A stretch of DNA of 19,384 nucleotides. Source: Candidatus Sericytochromatia bacterium (GTDB lineage Bacteria; Cyanobacteriota; Sericytochromatia; S15B-MN24; JAQBPE01). The notes under the pieces are model-generated. The model searched no databases. It was given only the letters and a program-made list of their open reading frames with translations, and had not been told where the DNA came from. The DNA is taken from the NCBI GenBank assembly GCA_040400605.1, contig JBBAPZ010000007.1:1-19384 (forward strand), read 5' to 3'. Positions 7,164 to 18,400 of this stretch are shown in pieces (position 1 is the stretch's first letter; each line of letters opens with the position of its first letter). Both the position numbers and the translations under genes were made by a program.

Positions 7164-9056
7164 TCAGACGAGTCCGAGCGCCCGCTTCAGGCCAATCAGG
7201 ATCACCGCCATGATGCTCTCACCCGCAATCAAACCCGAGGACACCGTGATGGTGTAACGTTCGGCGCGCGCACGGGCGAAACGAAAACACAACGCCGCAA
7301 CCACGGCACCGATAAAAATGGCCACCGAATTGCTAAAGGGTATGACAAAGGCCAATCCGAGTCCCGTGGGCGACGGCAAGTAGCGCTTGCTCTTGGGCCA
7401 TAATTGTTCGACGACGGTCACAACCACGGTCGCGATAATCGCAACCGCCGCAAACGTCAAAGCCGAAGCCGGAATGGCATGAATCCCACGCGCCAGAACC
7501 TCCGCCGTGGCTTTCCACACCAGCGCGGCAGGTGCTGCAAACCTGTCGCCACCCAAGACACTCGCATCCGGCACCATCAAATTGTAAGCCGGTACACACG
7601 CCAAGGTTCCAGCGGCTACCCCAAACAACTGCGCCAAAAATTGCTGACGCGGCTTGGCACCCAGAATGTAACCGCTTTTGAGATCAGTCAAGAGATCCGA
7701 TGTGTGCGACGCAGCACCAGCCGTCACATTAGCGGACATCAAATTGGTCACGGGCTGCCCAGGCGACAGCAATGCATAAGCGAACTGCGTGATTTTGCCC
7801 ATCGGCCCAATCGGCGCAATGTCGGTTTCACCAGAGACCCGTGTGGCAACGATCGCAAGCAAGATGGCAAACAACGCACCAATCACGCCCAAAACAGGGT
7901 GAATGCCAAACAAGGCCCACTGCAAAATGACCGTGGCAACCAAGGCCGCACCCAACCCCACAACAAACCAGCTTCCCGGCACCTCAATCTCATCCGACAA
8001 GGCCTTTGGCGCATTCGGGTTGAGCAGGGATCCAAGGCTTGCAAAACTGTTCAACAACGAGCGCCATTGAAAAGCCAAGGCCACCAATGCCGCGACGACC
8101 ATAATCCCGACACCTGGCCAGGTCGACCAAGCGACCACTTGGCGGAAGCCTCCCTCAATCACCTTGTCATTCGCAACGACCTGGTTCGTAATCAACCACG
8201 GCGCTACCACCAACCAGTTAAGTATTGCCCCAAGCATCATCGAAATCCCCGTACGCAACCCCACAATGGCTCCCGCCGCGTACAGCAACAAACTCGTATC
8301 CAGCCACGCCGTCAGCTTTTCCGGCGCAATGCCGCGGATGCCGGGAAACACCTGAAAAGACTCAGGCAAACTGAACGCCAACGACTTGAGCCCATATTTT
8401 TCCATCAAGGTGGCATGACCATCGCGCAAGTACGTCGCAACCGCCGCGAACAACGCCGTCAGACCCATGGCGCGGGCCTTGCGCAAGGCTTCTTCACCGT
8501 GACCATGCAAGCTTTTGATGGTCTCAGCCGCAGCGATGCCGGATGGAAAGGGTAACTGATCGATGTTGATCATCTGCCGCTTCAATGGAATCGCAACCAC
8601 CACACCCAACAACGAAATCGCGCCAATCCACAGCATCAAAGGCAGCGTATCAATGCGCGTCCCATTAAGCATGAGCAAAGCAGGAATCGCACTCACCAAA
8701 CCGGCAGAAGACATCGCCCCAGCCGCCGAGGCCGTCGACTGCATGGCGTTGTTTTCCAAATCCGTGAACGCCCCACCCGGCAACCAGCGTTCCAGCGCTT
8801 TAAACACCGCAAAAGCCAAAATGCCCGCGGTGATGGTCACACCAAAACCCCAGCCGATTTTTAACCCAACGTACAGGTTCGATACCGACAACACCGCGCC
8901 CAACACCATGCCCATGAGGGTGCCGCGCACGGTCAACTGCTTGACATCCCCCCGATAAACGTGGCGGTGCCAGTAGGCTTCCCGCTCGTCGGGCGGCAAA
9001 TCCTGCAAAATTTGCGCCGTACTCGCCCCGGTGGAAGGATGCAAAACATCGGTCAT
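7164..9056 (-). CDS. OPT family oligopeptide/metal-chelate transporter, copy 2
   Basis: QLTVRG...NLYVGLKIG, ENNAMQS, LPFPSGIAAAETI, GETDIAPIGPMGK, DLLTDLKSGYILGA and SGLIAGES motifs; colinear paralog of 4948-6858. Confidence 0.92.
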   Translation of the reverse strand: MTDVLHPSTGASTAQILQDLPPDEREAYWHRHVYRGDVKQLTVRGTLMGMVLGAVLSVSNLYVGLKIGWGFGVTITAGILAFAVFKALERWLPGGAFTDLENNAMQSTASAAGAMSSAGLVSAIPALLMLNGTRIDTLPLMLWIGAISLLGVVVAIPLKRQMINIDQLPFPSGIAAAETIKSLHGHGEEALRKARAMGLTALFAAVATYLRDGHATLMEKYGLKSLAFSLPESFQVFPGIRGIAPEKLTAWLDTSLLLYAAGAIVGLRTGISMMLGAILNWLVVAPWLITNQVVANDKVIEGGFRQVVAWSTWPGVGIMVVAALVALAFQWRSLLNSFASLGSLLNPNAPKALSDEIEVPGSWFVVGLGAALVATVILQWALFGIHPVLGVIGALFAILLAIVATRVSGETDIAPIGPMGKITQFAYALLSPGQPVTNLMSANVTAGAASHTSDLLTDLKSGYILGAKPRQQFLAQLFGVAAGTLACVPAYNLMVPDASVLGGDRFAAPAALVWKATAEVLARGIHAIPASALTFAAVAIIATVVVTVVEQLWPKSKRYLPSPTGLGLAFVIPFSNSVAIFIGAVVAALCFRFARARAERYTITVSSGLIAGESIMAVILIGLKRALGLV

Positions 9057-9183
9057 GTTGTCAAAACCCTTTCCTGAAACAACCGCTCATCGTCGCATGC
9101 CCAAACGCGTTTGACCAGATGCGTGTTAAGATCCAATTGGCCTTTTGGTAATTCGCGTAAAATCTTCATCAAGGAGAGTCCCA

Positions 9184-12100
9184 ATGGATGTGACCGCCTC
9201 CGCACCACCAACGACCACATCGTACGCCCTGACAAACAAGGTGCGTTTTGTGACCGCCGCCGCGCTGTTTGACGGTCATGATGCTGCCATCAACATTATG
9301 CGGCGGATTTTGCAGGCATCAGGCGCGGAAGTGATTCACCTGGGTCACAACCGCTCTGTGTTGGAGGTTGTGGAGACTGCGATCCAAGAAGATGCGCACG
9401 GCATTGCGCTGTCCAGTTATCAAGGCGGCCATTTGGAGTATTTTCGGTACGTGGTTGACCTGTTGCGCGAACGGGGTGCCGAACACATCCGGGTGTATGG
9501 TGGGGGTGGGGGTGTAATCGTACCGGCTGAGATCGCTGAGTTGCACGCGTATGGCGTTGCACGGATCTTTTCCCCGGAAGACGGGCGCGTGCTTGGTTTG
9601 CAAGGCATGATTGACTTGATGCTACGCGAATGTGATTACCCGATGGCGGCCAAAGGGATGCCGGAGGTTGACACGCTAACACTCGGTGCGGATGGGGCGA
9701 TCGCACGGGCCATCACCTTGGCGGAGGCCGGTCATCACGGCGAGTGGTTGGAGCAGGTCCGAGGCCGGGCCGCGCAGCGCGCAACACCGATTCTTGGGAT
9801 CACAGGCACGGGTGGCGCAGGCAAATCCACGTTGACCGATGAGTTGGTGCGGCGGTTTATGAACGACAACCCCGAGAAGTCCGTCGCCATTTTGTCGGTG
9901 GATCCGTCCCGACGCAAGACGGGGGGCGCGTTGCTGGGCGATCGCATCCGAATGAATGCCATCAATCACCCCCGTGTCTACATGCGCTCGCTTGCCACGC
10001 GCGAAGCCCACGTCGCAACCTCGCGCGCTTTAAATGATGCGATCAACGTCGTCAAGGCGGCGGCTTACGATCTCGTCATCGTCGAAACGGCGGGCATCGG
10101 CCAAAGCGATTCAGCCATCGTTGATAGCGTCGACCTGACACTTTACGTCATGACCAGCGAATTTGGCGCAGCCAGTCAACTGGAAAAAATTGACATGCTC
10201 GATTTCGCCGATCTCGTGGCCATCAACAAGTTCGACAAACGCGGCGCCCTCGACGCGTTGCGTGACGTTCGCAAAACCCTCCAACGCAACCAGAAACGCT
10301 TCGATGAAACCCTCGAGGCCATGCCGGTTTTTGGCACCATCGCCTCCCAATTCAACGATGCCGGCACAACCGACCTGTATCAAGCCGTTTTAACCATGCT
10401 CAACACCCGGACCAACAGCCAGTTTGAAACACGCCTGATGCAACCGGCCACAGACAGCCGCAAACAGGCACTGATTCCACCCCATAAAGAACGCTATTTG
10501 TCTGACATCGCCGACAGCGTCACGCGCTATCACGCGCAAGCCCAGGCAGAAGCCCGTCAGGCGCGCGAAGCCTACGGCTTCTGGCTAAGCCTCAAGGCTT
10601 TGGGAGCACCCGTTTCGACCATGGGCCAAGCCCTTCCAGCGATGGACAGTGCGCCTGGTACCAGCGACTTTGTCTGCCAGGCTTTACAGACGCGTTATAC
10701 AACGAGTCTTGAGGCGCTTGAGCCGGCTGCTCGCAATTGGTTGCAGAACTGGCCGGCACGCTCAGCCCGCTACCAGTCAGAGCGCCACACCTACGTGGTG
10801 CGTGGGCGAACCATCGCGGTGGAAAACCATACATCAAGCCTGTCGAATCTGCTGATACCCAAAGTTGCGCTGCCTGCCTTCAGCGATTGGGGAGACCTGC
10901 TGCTGTGGGCACACCGCGAAAATTTGCCGGGGCACTTCCCTTTTACGGCCGGGGTGTTTGAATACCGCCGCCAAGGCGAGGATCCCACGCGGATGTTCGC
11001 GGGGGAAGGCACACCGGAACGAACCAACAAACGCTTCCATTATTTATCAAAAGGCCAGGGTGCCGTGCGGCTTTCCACGGCGTTTGACTCGGTCACGCTC
11101 TATGGTGAGGACCCGGCCACCCCGCCGGATGTCTACGGCAAAATCGGCAATTCCGGTGTATCCATCTGCACGCTCGATTGCGCCAAGAAACTTTATTCGG
11201 GCTTTGATTTGTGCCAAGCCAACACATCCGTGTCCATGACCATCAACGGTCCCGCACCGATCATCCTCGCCTTTTTCCTCAATACCGCCATTGACCAGCA
11301 AGTCGAAAAGTACCTGCTTGAAACCGGTCAGTGGGAACAAGCCGAGGCGTTGATTGTCGAACACTTTGCAAGCTTGGGCCTTGAGTGCCCGGTTTATGAG
11401 GGTGCGGATACGCCGGCAGGCGATCGCTTATTCGGACTGCGCACCTTGGGCGTGACAGGTGACATGCTGGTTGATGCGGCCACGTATCAACGTATCAAGG
11501 CTGAAACACTCACAGCCGTCCGTGGCACGGTGCAGGCGGATATCCTCAAAGAGGACCAGGCCCAAAACACCTGCATTTTTTCCACCGAGTTTGCCCTCCG
11601 GATGATGGGGGATATCCAGCAATACTTTATAGACCATGGCGTGCGCAATTATTACTCGGTATCCATCAGCGGGTATCACATTGCGGAAGCCGGGGCCAAT
11701 CCGATTACGCAGCTCGCGTTTACCCTCGCAAACGGTTTCACGCTGGTAGAGTATTACTTGAGCCGAGGCATGGCCATTGATGATTTTGCACCCAACTTGA
11801 GTTTCTTTTTTTCGAACGGGATTGACCCTGAGTATGCGGTGATTGGTCGTGTGGCACGTCGCATTTGGGCGATCGCCATGCGCGAGCGCTATGGTGCGAA
11901 CGAGCGCTCCCAAAAACTGAAATATCACATCCAGACGTCGGGGCGATCGCTTCACGCGCAAGAGATCGATTTCAACGACATCCGCACCACCCTGCAAGCC
12001 CTCTATGCCATCTACGACAATTGCAATTCCTTACACACCAATGCCTACGATGAAGCGATCACCACCCCCACCGAAGCCTCCGTCCGACGCGCCATGGCCA

Positions 12101-12621
12101 TTCAGCTCATCATCAACCGGGAGCTGGGTCTCAACAAAAACGAAAATCCCTTGCAAGGCGCCTTCATCATCGATACCCTGACCAATCTGGTCGAGGAAGC
12201 CGTCTTGCTGGAATTCAGGCGCCTCTGCGAGCGCGGCGGGGTATTGGGTGCCATGGAAACCATGTACCAACGCGGCAAAATCCAGGAAGAATCCATGCAC
12301 TACGAAACCCTCAAGCACTCGGGTGATTTGCCAATCATTGGCGTCAACACTTTCTTGAATCCCGAAACCGAGAGCATCACCCATGTCACGGAACTCATTC
12401 GCTCAACCGAAACAGAAAAACAACAGCAAATCACCAATTTGAAGCGCTTCGCGGTCTCCCGCGCCAGCAAAGCCGAACAAGCGTTGCAGCATCTCCAAAC
12501 CACTGTCCTGGCAAACGAAAACATCTTTGATGCCTTGATGGAAACCGTGAAACATTGCTCACTTGGAGCCATTACACAAGCACTGTATCAAGTCGGTGGC
12601 CAATACCGTCGCAACATGTGA
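9184..12621 (+). CDS. icmF: Fused isobutyryl-CoA mutase / MeaB-like GTPase chaperone IcmF
   Basis: N-terminal B12-binding domain ([23 protein letters not shown]), then a GTPase ([19 protein letters not shown]), then the mutase barrel ([53 protein letters not shown]). The start is placed at ATG 9184, after AAGGAG (9171-9176); the ORF track uses 9145. Confidence 0.95.
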   Translation: MDVTASAPPTTTSYALTNKVRFVTAAALFDGHDAAINIMRRILQASGAEVIHLGHNRSVLEVVETAIQEDAHGIALSSYQGGHLEYFRYVVDLLRERGAEHIRVYGGGGGVIVPAEIAELHAYGVARIFSPEDGRVLGLQGMIDLMLRECDYPMAAKGMPEVDTLTLGADGAIARAITLAEAGHHGEWLEQVRGRAAQRATPILGITGTGGAGKSTLTDELVRRFMNDNPEKSVAILSVDPSRRKTGGALLGDRIRMNAINHPRVYMRSLATREAHVATSRALNDAINVVKAAAYDLVIVETAGIGQSDSAIVDSVDLTLYVMTSEFGAASQLEKIDMLDFADLVAINKFDKRGALDALRDVRKTLQRNQKRFDETLEAMPVFGTIASQFNDAGTTDLYQAVLTMLNTRTNSQFETRLMQPATDSRKQALIPPHKERYLSDIADSVTRYHAQAQAEARQAREAYGFWLSLKALGAPVSTMGQALPAMDSAPGTSDFVCQALQTRYTTSLEALEPAARNWLQNWPARSARYQSERHTYVVRGRTIAVENHTSSLSNLLIPKVALPAFSDWGDLLLWAHRENLPGHFPFTAGVFEYRRQGEDPTRMFAGEGTPERTNKRFHYLSKGQGAVRLSTAFDSVTLYGEDPATPPDVYGKIGNSGVSICTLDCAKKLYSGFDLCQANTSVSMTINGPAPIILAFFLNTAIDQQVEKYLLETGQWEQAEALIVEHFASLGLECPVYEGADTPAGDRLFGLRTLGVTGDMLVDAATYQRIKAETLTAVRGTVQADILKEDQAQNTCIFSTEFALRMMGDIQQYFIDHGVRNYYSVSISGYHIAEAGANPITQLAFTLANGFTLVEYYLSRGMAIDDFAPNLSFFFSNGIDPEYAVIGRVARRIWAIAMRERYGANERSQKLKYHIQTSGRSLHAQEIDFNDIRTTLQALYAIYDNCNSLHTNAYDEAITTPTEASVRRAMAIQLIINRELGLNKNENPLQGAFIIDTLTNLVEEAVLLEFRRLCERGGVLGAMETMYQRGKIQEESMHYETLKHSGDLPIIGVNTFLNPETESITHVTELIRSTETEKQQQITNLKRFAVSRASKAEQALQHLQTTVLANENIFDALMETVKHCSLGAITQALYQVGGQYRRNM

Positions 12622-12635
12622 CAAGGCGATCGGCC

Positions 12636-13349
12636 TCAGGCGTCGAAGGCTTCAGGCAACCAAAAACCCGTGCGAATCCAGCCATCCGTTGCCTCAATCG
12701 GATACGTGCGACCCCCATTCCCTCGCTCAATCACGCCCCGGAACAGGACCAGACCAATCCCCGCCAAGTCGCCATTGAGCATCCGTTCGCACACGGCAGC
12801 ATCGTCACCGACCTGGCAAAACATCGTCACTGCTACACCCCCATTCTCCCGCCGAACGTCAAGGGTGATCGCCGTGAGCGTAGACTCCTGCTTCAAAAAC
12901 GCCTCCAAGACCTGAGACAGAATCAACTCCACGCTTTCTCCATCAGCACGCACCAACAAAGGGCCCGGCTGCAATCGAAGTTCCCAGGCGACACCACGAC
13001 ACCGAGACTCCTCACCCACGCGCTCATCAAGCGTCTGAAACAACATCCGCAGATCAATCGCCTGCTTCAACCAACGCAAATTGCCCGCATCCAACCGACA
13101 CACTGTCAACCAATTCTCAAGCAACCGGTGCAATTCCTGTGCATTCTTCTCAATGCTCAATGCCAGATCACGCGTCTCGGGACCACTCAACTCCGCATCG
13201 CCTATCAATGACGCTGCACCCATCAACACCGTCAAAGGCGTCCGTAACTCATGCCCCCACATCTCCCAATCAATTGGCGCCATCACCCGTTCACGACGTC
13301 GCTCATTCGGGACGAACATTTCACCGGCATCCATATAATAACTACACAC
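12636..13349 (-). CDS. Sensor-less histidine kinase-like protein (HisKA + degenerate HATPase)
   Basis: H-box GHELRTPLT, LHRLLENWL..CRLDAG helix, residual G2 box AGIGL and NGG. The start is uncertain (13349, 13334 or 13283). Confidence 0.75.
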   Translation of the reverse strand: MCSYYMDAGEMFVPNERRRERVMAPIDWEMWGHELRTPLTVLMGAASLIGDAELSGPETRDLALSIEKNAQELHRLLENWLTVCRLDAGNLRWLKQAIDLRMLFQTLDERVGEESRCRGVAWELRLQPGPLLVRADGESVELILSQVLEAFLKQESTLTAITLDVRRENGGVAVTMFCQVGDDAAVCERMLNGDLAGIGLVLFRGVIERGNGGRTYPIEATDGWIRTGFWLPEAFDA

Positions 13350-13456
13350 CTACTACCTGGCTTTCAAAACACAACACAAAACTCGGGATACGTTGAGACA
13401 ACCATGCCTAACAAAAAACGTTAATAACCTTAACAATTCTTGATGCAAATTGGCAA

Positions 13457-13475
13457 TTGATAAAAAAACTATCAA
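13457..13475. promoter_or_regulatory. Palindromic operator-like site TTGATA-N7-TATCAA
   Basis: Perfect 6 bp inverted repeat in the AT-rich divergent region between the kinase-like gene and pfaD. It contains the T-N11-A core typical of LysR-type binding sites. Confidence 0.45.
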
Positions 13476-13699
13476 AAATGATTCATGTCATACTGTTTGG
13501 TGGGTTGAAATCCACCAAACGAAGCGTCAAGCGTGCATCGACCCCTTCTGACCTTAAACGCAAACCATTCGGCTGAGATATTTTACTCGGCAAAAAAACG
13601 GTTTTAAAATCCAACACCATGGTTTCGATCATGGCAAGTCATTACATCTAACCGGGTCAGTTTGAAGGTGAGCGCGCAACTGTCGAATGTTCACGAAAG

Positions 13700-13708
13700 T
13701 GCTAGAAT
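13700..13708 (+). promoter_or_regulatory. Putative extended -10 promoter element for the pfa cluster
   Basis: TGCTAGAAT (TGn-TAnAAT) lies 17 nt upstream of the pfaD ATG at 13726. Confidence 0.4.
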
Positions 13709-13725
13709 CCATGAGCACGCGATGA

Positions 13726-15387
13726 ATGGACACGACGCAGATGCCAAGCAACAGGGGTTTTTTGTTTGCGACGACAGCTGGACAGGCTGCACCGGGCGCG
13801 TTGATTCAGACGCCTGATCCTGAAACGATCAGAGACGCCATTTTTGCGATCCGTGACACGCTGACGGTTTTGGTGTCGCCGGACGGTTTAAGCTTGTTCG
13901 CCGGGCCAAGGGCGGAAGTACCGAAATCGGAGGGTACACGTGCCGTTGTCGAGGTGCCGCCTGAAACCTTGGCGGGTCTTGGCGATCGCTCGTTTTTGCG
14001 CGATCATTGTTTGCGGTATCCGTACGTCGCAGGTGCCATGGCAAGCGGAATTGGTTCGGCTGCGATAGTCGAAGCCATGAGTCGCGCCGGCATGTTAGGT
14101 TTTTTTGGTGCCGGTGGGTTGTCGCTGGATGCGATCGAGGATGCGATCGACCGTGTGGCTGGTAGCCTGGGCGATCGCCCGTGGGGCTTCAATTTGCTGC
14201 ACAGTCCGCAAGAACCCGCTCACGAAGCGGCCACGGTTAACCTTTATCTCCGCAAAGGCGTGCGCTTGGTCGAAGCGGCGGCATATCTGGATTTGACCCT
14301 GCCGCTGGTGCGTTATCGATTGAGCGGGATTCATCGCGACGCAACAGGACGCATTGTCACACCCAATTGCGTGATTGCCAAGGTGTCACGCATTGAGGTG
14401 GCAACAAAATTTTTTCAACCCGCACCCGACGCCCTGCTGGCGCGTTTGGTCGAAGAAGGGGCACTCAACCCCGAACAGGCGGAATTGGCAAAACACGTGC
14501 CAGTGGCCCAGGACCTGACCGCTGAAGCTGATTCCGGTGGACATACCGACAACCGGCCGGCCATTACCTTGTTACCAACGTTGCTTGCGCTGCGCGATCG
14601 CATGCAGGCGCAGTACCCGCCGGAGCTGCGCTTGCGCGTCGGACTCGCAGGTGGCATCGCAACGCCTGCTTCGGTTGCTTGTGCCTTTGCGATGGGTGCA
14701 GCCTACGTATGCACAGGCTCCATTAACCAGGCGTGCGTCGAAGCGGGCACATCCCCTGTGGTTAAAACCATGCTGGCCCGCGCGGAACAGGCGGATTGCG
14801 CAATGGCCCCCGCCGGTGACATGTTTGAGATGGGCGTGAAGGTGCAAGTGCTCAAACGTGGCACCATGTTTGCCATGCGCGCAGCCAAACTTTATGAACT
14901 GTATCGGAGCCTCGCAAGCCTGGAAGACCTCACACCCGAACAACGCCAAGTATTGGAGCGCGATCACTTCAAAGCGCCCATTGACACCATTTGGCAAGAG
15001 ACCGTCGCCTATTTCGAACAACGGGACCCTGAGCAGGTCGAGCGAGCCAAACGGGACCCCAAGCACCGGATGGCGTTGGTCTTTCGCTGGTATCTGGGGC
15101 AATCGTCCCGCTGGGCGCAGCAAGGCGTTCCCGAGCGACGGATGGATTATCAGATTTGGTGTGGTCCTGCCATGGGCGCCTTCAATGAATGGGTTCGGGG
15201 CAGCTTTTTGGAGCCGGCCGAAGCCCGCGACGTGGTCACGGTCGCACGCAACCTGCTGGTCGGCGCGGCCGCTTTAAACCGCTACAATCATTTGATGCGC
15301 CATTGGCCAGATACACAGGCATTTCCTTTGCTCACCCTCGGCACCCGAATTTTTTCCCGCGAACAACTTGAAAGCCTCTTGGCTTGA
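13726..15387 (+). CDS. pfaD: PfaD-family FMN-dependent enoyl reductase of a PUFA/polyketide synthase
   Basis: YVAGAMASGI, GFFGAGGL, NLLHSP, AKVSRIEVA, EADSGGHTDNRP, AGGIATP, TGSINQACVE, MAPAGDMFEMGVKVQVLKRGTMF and DYQIWCGPAMGAFN are all hallmark PfaD motifs. Confidence 0.93.
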   Translation: MDTTQMPSNRGFLFATTAGQAAPGALIQTPDPETIRDAIFAIRDTLTVLVSPDGLSLFAGPRAEVPKSEGTRAVVEVPPETLAGLGDRSFLRDHCLRYPYVAGAMASGIGSAAIVEAMSRAGMLGFFGAGGLSLDAIEDAIDRVAGSLGDRPWGFNLLHSPQEPAHEAATVNLYLRKGVRLVEAAAYLDLTLPLVRYRLSGIHRDATGRIVTPNCVIAKVSRIEVATKFFQPAPDALLARLVEEGALNPEQAELAKHVPVAQDLTAEADSGGHTDNRPAITLLPTLLALRDRMQAQYPPELRLRVGLAGGIATPASVACAFAMGAAYVCTGSINQACVEAGTSPVVKTMLARAEQADCAMAPAGDMFEMGVKVQVLKRGTMFAMRAAKLYELYRSLASLEDLTPEQRQVLERDHFKAPIDTIWQETVAYFEQRDPEQVERAKRDPKHRMALVFRWYLGQSSRWAQQGVPERRMDYQIWCGPAMGAFNEWVRGSFLEPAEARDVVTVARNLLVGAAALNRYNHLMRHWPDTQAFPLLTLGTRIFSREQLESLLA

Positions 15388-15405
15388 TCACAATAGGAAA
15401 CACCC

Positions 15406-18400
15406 ATGTCCGTGCCTCAAAACCCGGCCCCCACCCACGCGCCCTTGGCCGTCATTGGCATGGCCTGCCTGTTTCCGCAGGCAGACAATTTGGGTGCTTA
15501 TTGGGCCAACATCAGACACGGGCGTGACGGCATCACGGCCATTCCGGAATCACACTGGCGCGTGGCTGACTATTACGACGCAGACCCCAAAAAATCTGAT
15601 CACACCTACGCCAAACGCGGTGGCTTCATTCCCCCCGTACCCTTTGATTGCGCGACCTACGGCATTGCGCCGCATAACCTGGAAGCGACGGATGTGTCGC
15701 AACTGCTCGGTTTGGCAGTTGCCGACGCAGCCCTTGCGCACGCCGGTTATGGCGCGATGAGCGATGCGCAACGGCAAACCGTCAGTGTCATTTTGGGTGT
15801 TACCGGCACCTTGCAACTGGTCATCCCACTTGGCGCGCGCCTCGGGCACCCACAGTGGCGTCAAGCGTTGCTTGATGCGGGTGTCAGTCCCGCCGTCGCC
15901 AACGACGTTGTCGCACGGATCGCAGACAGTTATGTCCCGTGGCAGGAAAACTCTTTTCCAGGCCTGCTTGGCAACGTCGTGGCGGGTCGCATCGCCAATC
16001 GCCTGAACCTTGGCGGAACCAACTGCGTGGTGGATGCCGCCTGTGCCAGCAGTTTGTCTGCAACACACATGGCTGCACTCGAATTGAACGGCGGGCGTGC
16101 CGACATGGTCATCACGGGTGGCGTGGATACCTTTAATGACATTTTCATGTATATGTGCTTCTCAAAAACGCCGGCGCTCTCACCAAGTGGTGATAGCCGG
16201 CCCTTTGATGCGGCTGGAGACGGGACCATTTTGGGGGAAGGCATTGGGATGGTCGTGCTCAAAAGACTGGCAGATGCCGAGCGTGACGGTGACTGTATTT
16301 ATGCTGTATTGAAAGGCATCGGTACCTCCAGTGACGGGCGGGGCAAGGCCATTTACGCACCCAGTGCCCAAGGGCAGATTCAAGCCCTGAACGCGGCTTA
16401 CCAACAAGCGTCCGTGACACCCGACACCATCGAATTGGTTGAAGCCCACGGCACCGGTACGAAAGTGGGTGATGCCATTGAACTGGACGCCTTGCGGCAG
16501 GTTTACGGCAAGGCGCAAACAGGTGCTTGGTGCGCGTTGGGTTCGGTGAAAAGTCAGATTGGTCATACCAAGGCGGCGGCGGGAGCCGCAGGGTTGCTAA
16601 AAGCCGCATTGGCCCTGCATCACAAGGTCTTGCCTCCCACGCTGAAAGTGAACGAGCCACTTGAAGCCCTGCAGGCACCTGATTGTCCCTTTTATCTCAA
16701 TACCGCCGCACGCCCCTGGCTCAAGCGCCCCGCCCATCCACGGCGGGCTGCGTTGAGTGCGTTTGGTTTTGGTGGCAGCAACTTTCACGCGGTTTTAGAG
16801 GAGTTTGGCGAACACAAAGCGGCGATTGACTGGCATGGGGATCACGAAGTGGTCTGCCTGGGCGCCGACACGCCAGATGGCATCACTGCCCAGTTTGAAC
16901 AGATGCGCGCCCTGTCGGAATGGCACGCGTGGCGTCTGTTCGCGCATCAATCACGCGCGCGATTCCGTGTAAGCGATACCCATCGCCTCGTCTTCATCGT
17001 TGAGGCGGATCCCCTCACAAGAACCAAATGGCTTGACACCATTCAAGCCCACTGGTCCCGGACCGAAGCGCCGTGGTCTTTGCGCGACGGGGCATGGTGC
17101 GCGTCTGGCGCAGCACCCGGTGCGCTTGCAGCGATTTTTCCGGGACAAGGCTCGCAATATGTCGATATGGGACGCGATTGGGCCTGCCAATTTCCGGAGG
17201 CCTTTGATGCCTGGCAAGCGGCGGAAGACGCCTTTGAAACGGTCGGAACAGCGCGTGCCAAAGGTTGTCGCCTGATTGACTGTGCCATGCCACCTGCGGC
17301 ATTCTCAGAAGCGGCCAAGCAACAGCAAGCCGTGCGCCTGCGTGAAACCGATGCGGCCCAAGTGGCGATCGGTGCCATGAGCATGGGACTGTGGCAGGTG
17401 CTGCAGCGTTTTGGTGTGCAAGTATCAGCCGTTGCCGGACACAGCTATGGTGAACTGACCGCCTTGTGGGCAGCAGGTCGTTTGCAAGACGCTGATTACT
17501 TGCACCTGTCCGCATTGCGCGGTTCACTCATGCACGCCGAAGGACACAGTGGCGGCGCGATGCTCGCGGTTCATGCCAGTGCCAAGGAGGTCCTTGCCGC
17601 TCTGGAATCGGCCCAATTGCCAGTTGTCATCGCCAATTACAACGCCCCGCGGCAAGTGGTGCTCTCAGGTCCCATCGAGGCCATCGACGCGGCGACAAAG
17701 CGCCTTGAGGCCCAAAAGTTACGAAGCAGCCGTTTACCCGTTGGTGCGGCGTTTCACAGCCCCTTGGTCGCCGCGGCGCAAGTCCCGTTTGCCGAGGCAC
17801 TCAAAGCCGTTCCGTTTCAGGACGCGCAAGTCCCGGTTTATGCCAACACCACGGCTGAACTGTACCCGGAGGATGCCCGGCAGGCGCAAGTGCTGTTGGG
17901 CGGACAATTGGCGCAAAGCGTTAACTGGGAAGGCATTGTCAGACGCATGCTCGAGTCTGGCGTGCGCACCTTTGTCGAGGTGGGGCCGCAGAATCGTCTG
18001 AATGGTTTGGTGCAGGCGATCGCCACCGATTACCCAGGGGTCTCGGTCATCTCCTTGGATGCCCAAGGCGGCAAGCGTCGCGCGGACCTCGATTTGGCAC
18101 ACACGCTGGGACACCTCGCGGCACTGGGCTACTTGGTTGACTGGTCACCCTGGCAAGGGGGCGATGCCGTCTATGAAGGCCTGGCGGCACGCAAGACCCC
18201 CAAAATGGCCGTGATGCTATCAGGTGTCAACCACCGCAGCACCCAGCCTGCCCCACGCCCCGCTACACTCAGCCATCCCGTCGACAGCACCAAATCACTC
18301 GAACCAGCATCAACAGTGGGCGTGAAGGCATCTACCCCCGCAGCCCCAGCAGGGGTAAACAGCCGCCCAGGCGTCAACGCAACCCCGATTGCGACAAATG

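Noticed and set aside
7404..8555. 383 aa + strand ORF
   Set aside because: Antisense shadow of the OPT gene with no recognisable motifs. Long stop-free antisense frames are common opposite hydrophobic GC-rich genes.
9057..9183. Cobalamin riboswitch ahead of the B12-dependent icmF
   Set aside because: The intergenic region is only 127 bp and has no B12-box-like motif.
12555..13211. 218 aa + strand ORF
   Set aside because: Overlaps the icmF 3' end and is antisense to the HisKA-containing gene; no motifs.
13558..13570. GCAAACCATTC resemblance to the c-di-GMP-I riboswitch
   Set aside because: The following GAAA tetraloop stem and GACGCAAAGC junction are missing.
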